Positions 24,734 to 39,471 are shown, numbered from the stretch's first letter. The stretch: DNA of 64,000 nucleotides from Octopus vulgaris (GCA_951406725.2 OX597817.1:116126001-116190000); one strand, 5' to 3'. The notes: generated by a model from the letters alone, not told the origin. Made by a program: numbers and translations.

Positions 24734-26812
24734 CTACACGAAGAGAGCAGAATGATATAAATACAGTGTATATTCAGACAGAACCAGACAACACATTGGG
24801 AATACGTTTCTCATGTATTTTGATACTACGTTAATATTTGCTTCCCATTTTTTTTTACGCTTTGTGTAATTTTCTCCTGTTCGTTCGCATTTTATGTAAT
24901 ATGCATTAGAGAAGTCTCAGAGCTGAGAAATTGATATCGATTTCTTACGCAAATATAATTTATATTAACATAGTAACATGATTTTTGTAGAACACAAAGG
25001 AAATCACAAAGTTTTGCATGTTTATATTTATCAATTACGTGTTTATATTAGCTTCTGAGAGAGCATACTGAACATCAGTGCACATGCATATGGAAAGAGT
25101 TACTACACACACACACACGCACACACACACCCACATATGTAGAAATGAGGTGAGAATTATGCAGGCGTGTAATGCCAGTTAGAATGAATTAGTTAAAGTA
25201 TAATGACTAAGTGTGAAGATGTATAAGTAAAGTGTCAGTCAAGCTAGTGACGTTTGGTTGCTTTTACAAAAACTTCGTACAATAAGAAACTACATACTGT
25301 TGCGGGATGTGTATTTTCGCTAAGCAAAGCGCATTTTTACTAATAAAGAGGACGACGGCGACAATGATGGTGAGGGAATCGGCAAAATTTGAAGTTACAA
25401 GTACAATGAGTACACAAAAGTGAAAATTTAAGGAAAACTAAGGATACACAGAAGGGTACATAAAACAAAAATTAACTAATGAAAAAATATTGGAATTTAA
25501 GAAAGATAGACAGAGGGGTAGAGATATATGTAGGTGATTAAATGTTGTTGATAACGTTGGGGAGAAGCTGAAAAAGAAGTGGTGGTTTATAATAAAAGTA
25601 AGAAGGATGATGGTGATAAAGCCCCGAATATCTACATCATTAAAAATCATGTCAGAGGTCATAGCTGTTCAATTGTCAGCTACTCAAGAGTAAATGTATG
25701 TATGTGTATAACTATACACATAAGTTTGGGGACTATAGTCTTTGTAGTCCAAGAAAGACGGTTCTTCAATTTCTTGCTGAACAACCTTCACACATGAATT
25801 TTTAATTGAGATGAGATGTATATGTTGTACATTAGCTCGTTCGCTCCATCAAATCAACGTTGCCTGAACAGTTGCGTTGTGTACCACATGCCAGGTGATC
25901 GCACAGCAATTTGAGATTAAGTGTTTTGCTCAAGTACACAATGCACCAGCTGGTCTAGTAACTGAAACCATGAACTCGTGATCATGAACGCAACACTCTG
26001 ACCACCGGGTCATACCCTCAGTACATGATTCTCTCTCTCTCATATCTAAATCTACATACATATTATGTAACGTCTGTGGTGCTCGCTCCTTGTCGTGGTG
26101 GAGTAGCTTGCATAGACGAAGGAGACTGAGTGCGATGCTGTTGGAAGTTCTAAAATCCTGGTAGGGCCAATTTTGTTTCCAAGTTCGAAGATGAGAACAC
26201 AGACTGAAGAGAACCAACCCCAAATATCCCAAAAGTAGAACAAATGGATGATACGCACAACTTACATTCTACAGAAAGCGTCACTCGAAACTATTACTGA
26301 ATCATCAGTAGTCCGTTGCAGTTTCATGCCTGGATCCTACGTGTCTCATTCCATATATGCCGCAGAGGAAGCTCATGAAATATCCTCCCACCACACACAC
26401 ACTACTAACTCTCAGCCCAACGCTATTGCAACTACAGTATATTACATTTGTCACACCAGCACACATAAATACCAATACACATGCCGACATAATGCTCACC
26501 CAATCAAGCACGCACACACTCATACGGTTATACACAAATGCAAGAATGTATATAGTAACGCCCACACACCAATATATATGATATATATATTTTTTGGTTA
26601 TGATATATACACACCAATATATACATCTTAAACAAGTTCGCGCTCGCCAGTGTATACAGCAGTCATAAGCACACAGATCTTTGCACGCATGCATGCACAT
26701 ACACACACACGCGCGCGCGTGCACACACTTCCAATAACACACTGAACTCTACGCATCATACACATGGTATATATGTACAAACTCGCCGGCCTTACTTCTT
26801 TCCGTTTCCAAT

Positions 26813-27067
<255 letters not shown>

Positions 27068-27074
27068 AATAACA

Positions 27075-28495
27075 TAAACCACCGGCTGAGACGTTTAGAA
27101 AACACTGGCGGGGACGTTTCAAGAAACGCCGACGGGAAAGTTTAACACATGAGAACAACAAAACGCTGCTCCGAAATCTATCCAAAAGCATCGGGAATAA
27201 AAATCAAGAAATGGAACTTAAAATAACTGACAAAAATACCAATTAAAATTTATTTCTATTTTCCATATGAAATTATGTATTATAACTGTGTATCATCTCC
27301 ATCAATCGCACAACACGTGCAAACACGCTTGCAACATTACGGTCTCCGTCCCCAACCATTATACAAAAAAAAAACCCAGAAATACATGTATTATACAACC
27401 CAAGGATAACAAACGAAAATGTATTCTCTAAGTTTATTACAAAAGAAGTACTAAAATCTACACGTGCAAACCCATTTGACGCCAGAAACGAACAGACCGG
27501 TCCCCTACGAAAATGATGACCATGAAAATAAAGGACCGGATGTTATTCCTCACATTCCGCAAATAAAATCAAAAAAGCATATATAGACACGAGAGGTATA
27601 TACTTCTATCCTACTCGATTATATCACAGTAGGGCTCTACCCACAGAACGAAAACACAACATATACATATAAAACCTGGAAGAAAAGTAATCTACATTTC
27701 GATATATCGATGAACCCTTAGAAACTAGTCAACATAATATGATACATTATAAAAAAGAAGAAAAATATCACATATTGATATAAAGCACTTTAAAAATGCA
27801 TCAGGCAAACGTAGATAATGACCCTACAACAATGCCAAATAATAACATAAGTACTGTGACTGTGAAAGATAGACGTAACATCTGCAACAGAAACGAAGTA
27901 AATAACGAAGCACAACAAACCTAAACCATAGGAATGCATAATAATGACCAAGTTGCACCAAACCAGAACACCACATAGAAAAATATAAACGGAAAATACG
28001 GAACACACCTAACAATTGGAAAATCTGAAGGTGGAATCCATGATTATATTTTTAAAATGAGTGAAATCAAAAATGTAACTTGATAATAAGATAGCAATAA
28101 AAATAATTAATACAGACCTGACCGTCACAGAACTAATAGCAACAAAAACAAATGTCAATATGATCAGCAGGTTAAATATATATATATAATACATGCAATA
28201 GCCTCTGTGGCCACATAAGAAGCTGGATATTCTCTCAAACTCATCCAAACAGATCTATCACAAGTTAAAAACTCTATGAAAAAATAATATCCATAAAAAA
28301 AGAAAAGAACAGAAATGATTTATCAGTCCTTGAAACTAGTGGGCAAACAACACTACTGAGCAATGACAAAAAAAGGAAAAAATACTGTTGAAATACAAAA
28401 TTACAGAACAGGGTATACCTGATGTAAAAGAACAGCTAAAGCAAGATATCCTCACCAAACCTCAAAGAATCCACTAGTATGAAAAACGCCAACAC
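27075..28495 (+). mobile_element. R4/Dong-clade non-LTR retrotransposon, decayed N-terminal ORF region
   Basis: A-rich coding-like stretch starting right after an (AAT)n array. 28426-28492 reads KEQLKQDILTKPQRIH*YEKRQ, like the R4/Dong 'LKQKL..KAQRIRRYEKR' block upstream of the RT. Confidence 0.68.
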
Positions 28496-30574
28496 CAGTG
28501 CTTAGCGCTCCCACCCCGAATTTCATTCACTGTGAGCCGCTGAAAAGCGCAACTTGTGATGGAATGGTGACGAGTATATCAAAAGAGGGATCTGTTTCTC
28601 GTGTTTGTTGGTAGCGTCTACCTTTGCGGTCTCTGTGGTTGCAAAGGAGATAACCACTCCATAGTTTGGTAAAAGAACATTGTAAGCTGACTCAGTGTAT
28701 TTACACCTATTTCTCTACAGAGAGAAATGTTTTAGAAATTCTCATTTTTACAAACATACATTCTATCATAGTATATTCGCATGAAGCAATGCTTGTGTGC
28801 CCATAACACTATTTCACATTTCTACCTTATTCTACTTCATACCATTGAACATTTGCAAATACATTGATATATAGATACTTCTATTATATACAAATACATA
28901 GTTTAAGTTCGTTTTTACAAACTAGTCATGTTCCTTCCTGAGAAAGAAAATCTGTGAAATTTTGTTGAAGGAAAAATCATCTCGAAGAAGCAAAGTTCTG
29001 GGTATGGATAGCTGAAGAGACATTCAAGTAAAATTTAGCAAAACTTTCAGCTATTTTGAAACAGCCAGATACACTCAAATGATCAAAATATAGACACGGC
29101 TGTTTTCAGTTTGTTGTGCTAAATACTAAGCGCACACTCAACAAATAAATAAATAGTTACAGAAAATGTTCTCTGCCAGAAAATCTATACTGGATTGCAA
29201 ACTTTTAGATAATTTGAGAAGAACATATGTTGCATCTCACATGAGCTGCTTTGTTGAGGCACATATGATCATCACAAATACATATAAATAAACTACGTTG
29301 ATAATTTGAACACACACACACACATATACATATATATACGTGTGCGTGTGTGCATGTATTTCAAGTATCTAAACTACATACACTATAGAGATAATAGGCA
29401 GAAGTATTATCAAATAAACAATTTCGAGACGGATACATATCTTTCTCAAAAAACTTTGAATGCCAGTTTGCATAAACGAACTCAGAAATCTATCATCGAA
29501 TGTGTGACAATTTATCTAGCCTGCCGGTGGCAAAATTAGAGGAAGAGCTAAATCATATATCTACTGTGAAAAACTACAAAACTGATAGTGAGATTACGAC
29601 CAGACATCACTCAGCTAGAGGGTATGACGCAGTGCAGATGATTGAGAACAGATAGAATGTGTGGCGACATTTTGACATTAATGTTAGGAAGCCATTTCAT
29701 CTGTGCAGTGAATGAATAATATACAAAGAAATAGAAGTATTTTGAAAGTTTATTTTCTTATACAATACTTTTTAAATGTGATTTTTGATAATTGCATTTT
29801 TATTTCGTAGGAATCGAAGTAAAATAAAAAAAAATATTCTCCTTCACATTTGCGATTTTTTCTCTCGGTGTTTTTCTTTTGTAATAATATATAAACATGT
29901 ATAAACATGTATAAACTGAAGGGAATGCCAGGCGCCCAATCGTCGCAGAAACGGCATTTTTCCTAATTACCATAGACGAAATCATTGACGAAATTGGCAA
30001 TTTGCCGACAAAATTATTTCAAAGGTATGTGAAATTAATCAGCCAAATTATTTTTAGATCTGTAATATTTAACATCGGACTAGATTGTTAAATACACATT
30101 GAATCATGAAGTTATATATTGACAGCGAACAACACTATATAACGATCTGCAATCAATCAATTTTATACTAACACATTCTCTTTCTCTTCCACCTGTTATC
30201 TCTCCTTCCCCTCTCTCTTTCCTTGTAAATGCACTTATTTTGCTGTTGGCTTCAGTGATATTACTATGTGTTGGTTGATATTGCATTATAGCTTACCTAA
30301 GAGAATCCAACGTAAGAATGCTTACATACATACATATATGTGTTCGTGCATAAGTTTTTAGGTATGCATAAGGTATATACATATGTAATTATGTTTATGC
30401 ATACAAACATGTATGCATATGTGTGTGTGTGTGTGTGTGTGTATCTATGGGTATATGAGCGTGTGAGCGTAAGTATTTATGACTGCCTATTTAAGTATAA
30501 TATTTAAAAAATTGGTTATCTGAAATCACACCCGAACCATACAATATATATATATATATATTCATAATATTCAT

Positions 30575-30680
30575 ATACATACATACATACATACATACAT
30601 ACATACATACATACATACATACATACATACACACATACATACATACATACATACATACATACATACATACATACATACAT
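30575..30680. repeat. (ATAC)n microsatellite
   Basis: Tetranucleotide array that explains the MYVCMYVC ORFs. Confidence 0.98.
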
Positions 30681-30936
30681 GCATACATATATACATACGC
30701 ACGCACACACTCACACTCTCACCCACACATATATATAAATTTTAAATATCATTGCATTACACTGCAATAGTATCACTTACCAGCCAAATAAAGCACCGAA
30801 AAAGTAGAATAATAAATAGGAAATAGTAGTACAACGAGACACAAATGTTTGCTAGCAATAGCAGTCGATAACGATTCGACGCTATGTAATGCTTCACTGA
30901 AATGTATAGTGGCAAAAATGTATACTTGTAGAACTC

Positions 30937-31370
30937 TTCAACGGAGCGTGGTTAAAAGTCTACGCAACAGCTGCTCAATCCAGAAAAGTGGTGGCCTACA
31001 GTACGCCGAGAAAAATATGTCCATATGTTCCTATTTGCTGAAATTTCTTAAGTGGAATTCAGTAATGCGGTGGAATTCTTTCGATTTAAAAAGTATATGC
31101 GATCCTTCGGCTGCACGTAAGTTTCAGTGTTTAGATCCGGTAAGAATAGAGCATGGGTTTTCACTACGATTCACCAATTTATTCTACGTGCTGTGGATTT
31201 TGCCTTCAAACACCAAACGTTGGTAAAACTCCCAACACACTACCGAATTCCACATCATAATTTTTCAGCGGATGTGAACACACGCTCAAATTTCTTTTGG
31301 TGTACTGTAGGCCACCACGCTCTCCGGATTGAACAGCTGTCTCGTAGACTTTGGACAACTCTCAGTTGAA
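30937..31370. repeat. ~430-bp diverged palindrome
   Basis: aaagtctacgcaacagctgctcaatccagaaaagtggtggcctacagtacgcc pairs with ggtgtactgtaggccaccacgctctccggattgaacagctgtctcgtagacttt. Pairing continues inward (gtggaattc/gaattccac). Confidence 0.88.
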
Positions 31371-31784
31371 TTGTTTTCCTATTAGCTATATTGTGACTGA
31401 ACGGTCAAAGAAGACATAAATCTAATTTTTTTCTTTTCTTTTTCCGTTCTTCTCAACCTTCCAACTCGATTTTCTTGCGATTTCTCTTATTCCGAAGTCT
31501 TGGTATATAAATTGCATAGGCCTTAAGCTCAAAGTCTGAGATTGCTTGGTAATACATGGTGTGTTACAACAACGTACCTACGCTAGTGTCACCAATGCAT
31601 TAAACTATTAGTAGCTGGTACCTTTATATTGTGTGACTTAACTTATACTCATCACTCACTGTATATGGTTCTCTTTTTATCTTATTTTAACTGAACTGTA
31701 CACTAAAATATATGTGAGTGTATGTATATGTATACGTATCTATCTATCTATCAATTTGTCTCTCTCTTTCTGTCTCTGTCTGTC

Positions 31785-31952
<168 letters not shown>

Positions 31953-32363
31953 AAGGGAGGGAGAGAGAGTTTCTGGTAAATCTGTGTATAATTGCTCGAG
32001 TGAATAAGCGCGAGCAGAACATCATTAACTAGGTGTGAAATGAAAATAAATTCAAATCGTTTTATGATCTCGTGCGTAAGGCGCAATTTCTGCCGGCATC
32101 TTCCTGCTTCGTTCAAGTTAAAATCCATGCACACGTCTATTTTCAGCAGACAAGTCAATTAGATATACAAAAATGCGTAAGAGACATTAGCGTTGTGTGT
32201 GCACACACACGCTCACACGCACATACATACGTACATACATACATATATACATACACACACGCACAAAAATACATGCGCCCGCACACACATACACACACAT
32301 ATAAAATTAATATAAACAGCAGTTTGCAAGGTTTTACCAAAAAGGAGAATTACAAATGTTAAA

Positions 32364-32631
32364 AAATGTGACTAGGGTGTTAGAAAAAAAACCTACATTG
32401 CTAGAAATAAGAGCTAAACCGCTCTAATGCTGTAGTTAACGCACATGAATGAAAACATATACACTAACAAGGTCTATAATCGTCCGAAAAGTTCTTGAGC
32501 GGGCACTTTTCGGATGATTATGATCTCTGTTAGTGTATATGTCTTCATTCATGTACATTAACTACAGCATAAGAGCCATTTAGCTATTATTTCTAGCAAT
32601 GTAGGTGTTTCCTAACATCCTAGTGACATTT
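32364..32631. repeat. ~270-bp imperfect palindrome
   Basis: aaatgtgactagggtgttag...tccgaaaagt pairs with acttttcgga...ctaacatcctagtgacattt. Confidence 0.94.
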
Positions 32632-32634
32632 AGT

Positions 32635-32910
<276 letters not shown>

Positions 32911-33091
32911 GGACAACTGAAGAAGAGGAATATTCCTTGTGTTGTATGTCTTGTATTCTGTTTTTTACGTTGTTTGAAAAATAGTTCGTTTCCATGTTTT
33001 TGTTTTTATGATTTCGTTTCTCATTGTGTTCTACGTTTTTGATGTCCTGTACCCATATATGCATGTATATTTACATATAGATGTAGGTATG

Positions 33092-33138
<47 letters not shown>

Positions 33139-33140
<2 letters not shown>

Positions 33141-33385
33141 GAGTGAGGAGACAAACGAAACAAGGGCACTCAACACATTTATTGGGAGTTACATTGAGAG
33201 TTTGATACAGACTCCTTTGTACTCTGATATTCTAACGAGTGGCTAGTCTACGGACCTCAATGCCCGAAGACTAGCCACACGCTTGAAACTCAGAGTACCA
33301 AGTATGATTCACCCTGTTTTAATCTATACATGTAAATCCCAATAAATGTGTTGAGTCCCCCTCTTTCGTTTGTCTCCTCACTCGT
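33139..33385. repeat. ~250-bp imperfect palindrome
   Basis: acgagtgaggagacaaacgaaa...ctcaacacatttattggga...gtggctagtct pairs with agactagccac...tcccaataaatgtgttgag...tttcgtttgtctcctcactcgt. Confidence 0.93.
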
Positions 33386-33639
33386 GCAATTGCTCCAGAC
33401 TGTTGAGAGTCATTAATGAACGTCTGACCAACAGTACATATAAATATACACATTCTCATATAAATAAATATATCTATGTGTATACATATATTTGCAGTAA
33501 ATTGATATAATATATATATAAAAGTATGTGTGTATGTATCGATTTCTGTATGTATGGATGTGTATGTGTAGGTATGCGTGTATGCATGTATGTACATTTT
33601 CCAATGTATGTACAGAAAGTAAATTAATTACAACGCAAT

Positions 33640-33835
33640 AGATTGGTTTGGAATTTTGGCACTAGGTCTACAAGTCCGGGAAAGGAATAAAGTCGATTAC
33701 ATCGACCCCAGTGCTCAATCGGTACTTATCTTATCAACCCTGAAAGGCTAAGTCAGCCACTGTTGAATTTGAACTCAGAACGTTAAGACAGATGTAACGT
33801 CGCTAAGTATTTTTGTCCTGCATTCGAACGATTCT
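33640..33835 (-). mobile_element. SINE family C, degenerate
   Basis: aagtcgattacatcgaccccagtg...gaatttgaactcagaacgt. Confidence 0.78.
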
Positions 33836-33844
33836 TATTTCTTT

Positions 33845-34066
33845 ATTGCCCACAAGGGGCTAAACATAGAGGAGACAAACAAGGACAGACAAAGGGATTA
33901 AGTCGATTAGATCGACCCTAATACGCAACTGGTACTTAATTTATCGACCCCGAAAGGGTGAAAGGCAAAGTCGACCTCGGCGGAATTTGAACTCAGAACG
34001 TAACGGCAGACGAAATACCGCTCAGCATTTCGCACGGCGTGCTAACGATTCTGCCAGCTCGTCACC
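33845..34066 (-). mobile_element. SINE family C
   Basis: aaggcaaagtcgacctcggcggaatttgaactcagaacgtaacgg...gctaacgattctgccagctcg is the reverse complement of the family C head. Confidence 0.9.
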
Positions 34067-35485
34067 TTTGATGTACAATATAGTTATAACATGCATTGTC
34101 AAAAAGAAATCACAGGTATTTTAGTTCAAACGAGAAAATATTTTCTAGTCGAGAACAACAATATACGTACAAATGTTTCGCGTGTAAACAAGAACAACGA
34201 TGGATTGATTTTGTGTCATGTTTTCTCTAACAGGACGACAATCATTATGACAATCATTATTTTCTTCGGAAATCAATAGCAAGACACATTTTGAGTACTG
34301 AATTTAGGCAAAGCTTTTACAAGTAATGAGTGAAAGAAGAAAGTTAATGTAGCAGTGTGCAGGGAAAAAAAAACTGTGCAATTTTCTCGTCCTATTTACG
34401 TTTTAGAGATAGTGAAGCCAGATATTTTAAACTAAATATTCTTTTGGAGTAGGACATTTAGCATTATGTGTATGATTTTTGAAACTGGGGACAGTGCAGA
34501 AACACAAAGCCAAATATAAACTGTAATCACAATGATGGTGAGAGAGCGAGCAAAAAGTGTTATCTTTAGGGATGTCAGCTGTTAATCCTCTTTACGGTGT
34601 AATGTGGGCAGGTGTAATATTGCGGCGATATGTGATCTGGTTGAATCAACATGAATTTACATACAGGACCATACTCTGCATGACCACAAAATAATATAAC
34701 TGTATTTTAGGGGTACTATGAGGAAGACCTGAAAGTTTAGCATCCATTTAAAAGTTTTCGGTTGCCAAATTCCAAAAGTGCACATGCAATATTATATCAG
34801 AGACAGATGGGGAAAGTAGGACCTAAAGAAAGAGACATCAGAAGAGTTTTGAAACTTGTGAGGTGGCGTACTTTCCAGGCAGCGTAGAACTGCTGTGCGG
34901 TGAGGAAGGGTCAATATCTCTGGAAGAGGAACAAATGAAGTGCAAAGTGGAACTAGCCCCCGATCTGAATCACTTATATTTAAAAATCAATTGCAAAACA
35001 AAATGCTCTAAAAAACTATTAAATTTATGGGATATTTCAATGATTTAGAGATCAAAAAGAAAATGGAAGTATAGTAAGCAGCATAAAAGCCAGCTGGACA
35101 ATATTTCAAATGTAAATCTTTACAATCCAGAAGACATGGGTCTTCATTTGCTCAGTATAGAAGATAGTGCTTCATGAAATACTTTGGAACCTCTAAATCG
35201 GTATATTATATAAGAACGTATACTTTGGATGTTTTCTGGGAAGATGTGTGCAACATTTATATAGATATATTGCTTTAACTATTGTGTATCTGATCAGAGG
35301 TTTTATATGTATCTCTACATAAAGTTGTGTGTATCATAAGATTTTAGTTCATTTGGTTATATATTGTATTACGGTATTCATTTCGCCATTCACGTTCATA
35401 TGATTTCTCTCAACTTTGCTAGCACCCAGTTTAACATAAGCTTGTATTTTACTGTCTCTCTTCGAGTTCACCTGACTCATAAGAA

Positions 35486-35556
<71 letters not shown>

Positions 35557-35607
35557 CACCACCACCACCACCACCACCACCACCACCACCACCACCACCA
35601 CCACCAA

Positions 35608-35663
<56 letters not shown>

Positions 35664-35783
35664 ATAATAATAATAATAATAATTATTATTATTATTATTA
35701 TCATTATTATTATTATTATCATTATTATTATTATTATTATTATCATTATTATTATTATTATTATCATTATTATTGTTATTATT
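35486..35783. repeat. Compound trinucleotide array (CTA)n(CCA)n(CTA)n(ATA)n(ATT)n
   Basis: Directly visible. Explains the poly-L/P/I and poly-S/G ORFs. Confidence 0.98.
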
Positions 35784-36340
35784 GAGTGAGAGTGCAGTGC
35801 ATGCCATCAAAGTGACACTAGGCTAAAAATATACGAAGCCCAGTATACCCATCATGACTACCCGTCTGATAAGGGTACACCAGTCACATGCATCACAACC
35901 ATATGTGCACGACATGGTGATCTCATATCAGGATAAACAGCGCATGACCTTGCAGGTGGGGCCCAATTAGAATTTTCTTCTGGTGGCGTAGCCCATCGCG
36001 CTCAAAAGGTCCCTGAATAAGGATTCTTTAAGGATGTTGAACAAAACATCCATGTTTCCAGAGGTGAATTATCCAAACATCCAAGAATTCCTTTCAACAC
36101 ACGGCTACGATGCTCCCCCACTGCTTCTGCTCATGATCAGAGATGCACATATCGTCAGCCACTAAGGGACATGGTCAAGTGGTTAGGGTCAAATAACTGA
36201 CAAGCACATCTGTGCTATTGAGAATAACGTTTGCTGTTGCCCAACTTTTATACCAAGACAAAAACAATATACATGATAACACTTTCATTCAGTTAAATTG
36301 AGAAGCCATGAGAGCCACTGTCTGGTACTGCATTAGGGCA
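35784..36340. mobile_element. Dispersed repeat embedded in (ATT)n arrays (probable retroelement end)
   Basis: Flanked on both sides by ATT arrays. The first ~110 bp (gagtgagag...catgcatca) recur at 36530-36640, again within ATT arrays. Confidence 0.6.
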
Positions 36341-36377
36341 GGCTATTATTATTATTATTATTATTGTTATTATTATT

Positions 36378-36460
<83 letters not shown>

Positions 36461-36464
36461 CATT

Positions 36465-36529
<65 letters not shown>

Positions 36530-36676
36530 GAGTGAGAGAGCAGTTCATGCCATCAAAGTGACACTGGGGTAAAATATACGAAGCCCAATATACCCATCAT
36601 GACTACCCGTCTGATAAGGGTACACCAGGCACATGCATCATTATTATTATTATTATTATCATTATTATTATTATTA

Positions 36677-36767
<91 letters not shown>

Positions 36768-36782
36768 CATCATTATTAGCAA

Positions 36783-36990
36783 GGCGGCGAACTGGCAGAA
36801 TCGTGAGAAGGCTGGAGGAAATGCATAGCGGTATTTCGCCCGTCGCTATGTTCTGAGTTCAAATTCCGCCGAGGTTGACTTTGTCTTTCACCATTTCGGG
36901 GTGGATTAAATAAGTAGCAGTTACGTACTGGGTCAATGTAATCGATTATCCCATTCCCCAAAATGTCACGCCTTGTGCCTACAGTAGAAA
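36783..36990 (+). mobile_element. SINE family C
   Basis: ggcggcgaactggcagaatcg...gttctgagttcaaattccgccgaggttgactttg...gccttgtgcctacagtagaaa. Confidence 0.88.
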
Positions 36991-37009
36991 CAATTATTAT
37001 TATCATTAT

Positions 37010-37270
37010 CATTTATTGTCTTTGAGCAGCTTCTAACGCTGGAGATGTCAGTACAGTGTTAGTTGTTCAATGCTAGTGAACTAAGGTAACATCCCTTGTT
37101 TTTCGAGCACTATCCGGAGTATTCGAGCGGTTTCAAGCAGTGATGTTTACTGCAAGTGCTCTACCCTTATTGCAGCCCCTATTTATTCCATGTACTTCTC
37201 AAGATTTTTACCCAGGGCTCCGAGAGTTGGTACTACTACCTTTTTCATGGACCACAATTGCTTAACCTCC
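37010..37270 (-). mobile_element. R4/Dong-clade retrotransposon 3' end (REL endonuclease C-terminus)
   Basis: Minus strand reads EVKQLWSMKKVVVPTLGALGKNLEKYME*IGAAIRVEHLQ*TSLLETARILRIVLEK, resembling the R4/Dong C-terminal pattern GALG...LQK..LLGTARILR. The 3' end runs into an AAT-type repeat. Confidence 0.88.
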
Positions 37271-38424
37271 AAATACATTTTCTAAAAGGTGGATGTAGCG
37301 CAAATGGCCCGTGCGGGTGACCTACTCAAATAATGAGCCTGTAGGCTAGTAAATTTGAGAAAGAGAAGGGTGCCCTTCCCAGATGCCCTCGAAACGTCGA
37401 GTAGTTAAAGATTGGTGGGGTACCTGAGCCAACTCCAGTTGGTTACGCCCACCAATATTGGGGAACTTTCATTGTTATAGTCCCTTTGTTGGATATCATT
37501 GTTATTGTTTTACTCGTGTACTCGTTGTTTCTGTGTAAAATCCCCACTGTCCATGTCTACTGTATTGTCCCCTATATGTCAGCCCTAGTTCCCAATGTGA
37601 ATCCCACATCGAAACAACAATATATACGTATACACACGCACACGCTCGCATACAGATACAGACACACTCACACATAAATTTGCTACACACTACATATCGA
37701 AATGTTTTATAGCAGAAAAAGTGTATGATTTCCCACGGCTCTGACATAAATTTATTCAAAGCACTGAAGCAAAATTGACTGATAATGGAAGGAAGTATGA
37801 CCGTGTCCCAATTTGTGTGTTGCTAAATGAACTACCTGAGATAAACCGAAAATATAAAAACTATTTCACTTTAAATGAATATTGTTTACAAATCCATTTC
37901 GCCTAGCAACTTTGATACAATGACGATGTAAATGCGCGCGTGTGTGTCTAGGTATGTGCTTTTTATCTTTTGTTTTTCTTTTGGTAAACTTTGTGTGCAA
38001 TTATGCATAGATAATAGATAGTCTAAGTATTTTTTCACTGTGCTCAGAACTGAAAATATACTAAAAGAAGATTTAAACTTTCATACATATCTTTATTCTC
38101 AGTAGTAAATTTCATGGAATAGGTTGTCTTACATTCCCCCAAATAGGATGTAGTCGAGTTCTTAGTGGTAAGGATGTTTTAAAGAACCCAATGGAGACTT
38201 AGACATTCAGCTCCTCTCTTCAGCTCTTATGGAATAATCTCAACGAATGTAACTAGAGCACAATAGCAAAATCCGGTTGAGAGGCATTCCTGAACAGAAG
38301 CTCGACGCTTTATATATAACTCCTCGCCAGCTTGTTTGTTTCCCTGTCTCTCTTTACCTTTCTCTCTTTCTCTCTCTCTCTCTCTCCATTTGTTCTCTGT
38401 CTTCCCTTAAGCTCTAGCTGCGAC

Positions 38425-38622
38425 GATTTCATCTCAATCGAAGGAGAGGGGCTTTCTCCATCGGGGTTGCGGATCCCTGGAATAAGCTGCCGGACGAAGT
38501 CTCTCTTGACCAGAAATGGCCTGAACTCTTAGCATGAACACCTCCCTGTACATAATTCCATGTCCCCCTACATGGCCTTGCTTTTTGCTTTTTGAGCCAA
38601 AAAATTAACTTAACTTAACTAA
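38425..38622 (+). mobile_element. CR1-group LINE 3' end
   Basis: RRFHLNRRRGAFSIGVADPWNKLPDEV matches the CR1 'R..FFS.RVV..WN.LP' motif. Followed by a short 3' UTR and a (TTAAC)n tail. Confidence 0.82.
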
Positions 38623-39061
38623 ACCTACATAACACATAGAGAGAAACGCATACATGTATAAATATGAAATACGTACTACATGAAGGAAGATGGGGCGACA
38701 ACTCATGTTCGGCTGGCAGGTGACACTCAGTCACAGCAGAAGAGGTAACATCACGCTGAGATGGGGATTACCTGGGGCACTACTTAGAGTATGAAGGGTT
38801 CTCCGAGAAAATACCACAAAATGATGGATGCAGTAATGCATTGTAATGACGCATGCCGCCATACCTGACTCGTAGAAATACTACGAAACGTCTGTGATCA
38901 TATGATATTCATGCGGTTAAATATATCACTTAAACCACATGAAACTACGCATTTAACTATATAAATATGCGTGTATTGGTAAGTTTATATGATTAAAACT
39001 TCACAGCACATATTTAAAGTGTATGTATGTTTCTATGTATGTATATATATATATATGTTCT

Positions 39062-39471
39062 TTTGGTTCTTTTATTCTTTTACTTGCTTCAGTCATTTGA
39101 CTGCGGCCATGCTGGAGCACCGCCTTTAATAGAGCAACTCGACCCCAGAACTTATTCTTTTTAAGCCTAGTACTTATTCTATCGGTCTCTTTTGCCGAAC
39201 CGCTAAGTTACGGCGACATAAACACACCAGCACCGGTTGTCAAGCGATGTTGGGGGGACAAACACAGATATACAAACATATACACACACATATATATATA
39301 CATATATATGACGGGCTTTTTCCAGTTTCCGTCTACCATATCCACTCACAAACCTTTGGTCGACCCGAGGCTATAGTAGAAGACACTTGCCCAAGGTGCC
39401 ACGCAGTGGGACTGAACCCGGAACCATGTGGTTAGTAAGCAAGCTACTTACCGCACAGCCACTCCTACGCC
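39062..39471 (-). mobile_element. tRNA-derived SINE family B, full length
   Basis: Minus-strand head ggcgtaggagtggctgtgcggtaagtagcttgc...ggttccgggttcagtcccactgcgtggcaccttgggcaagtgtcttc has A/B-box-like motifs. It has an internal TA/TG tract and an AAAAGAAT-type tail. Confidence 0.92.

Noticed and set aside
34550-35000. Possible decayed RTE reverse transcriptase fragment
   Set aside because: Only faint motif echoes (ERDIRR), not enough to call.
35364-35789. Poly-L/P/I ORF and antisense poly-S/G ORF
   Set aside because: Stop-free reading of trinucleotide arrays, with no sign of a real exon.
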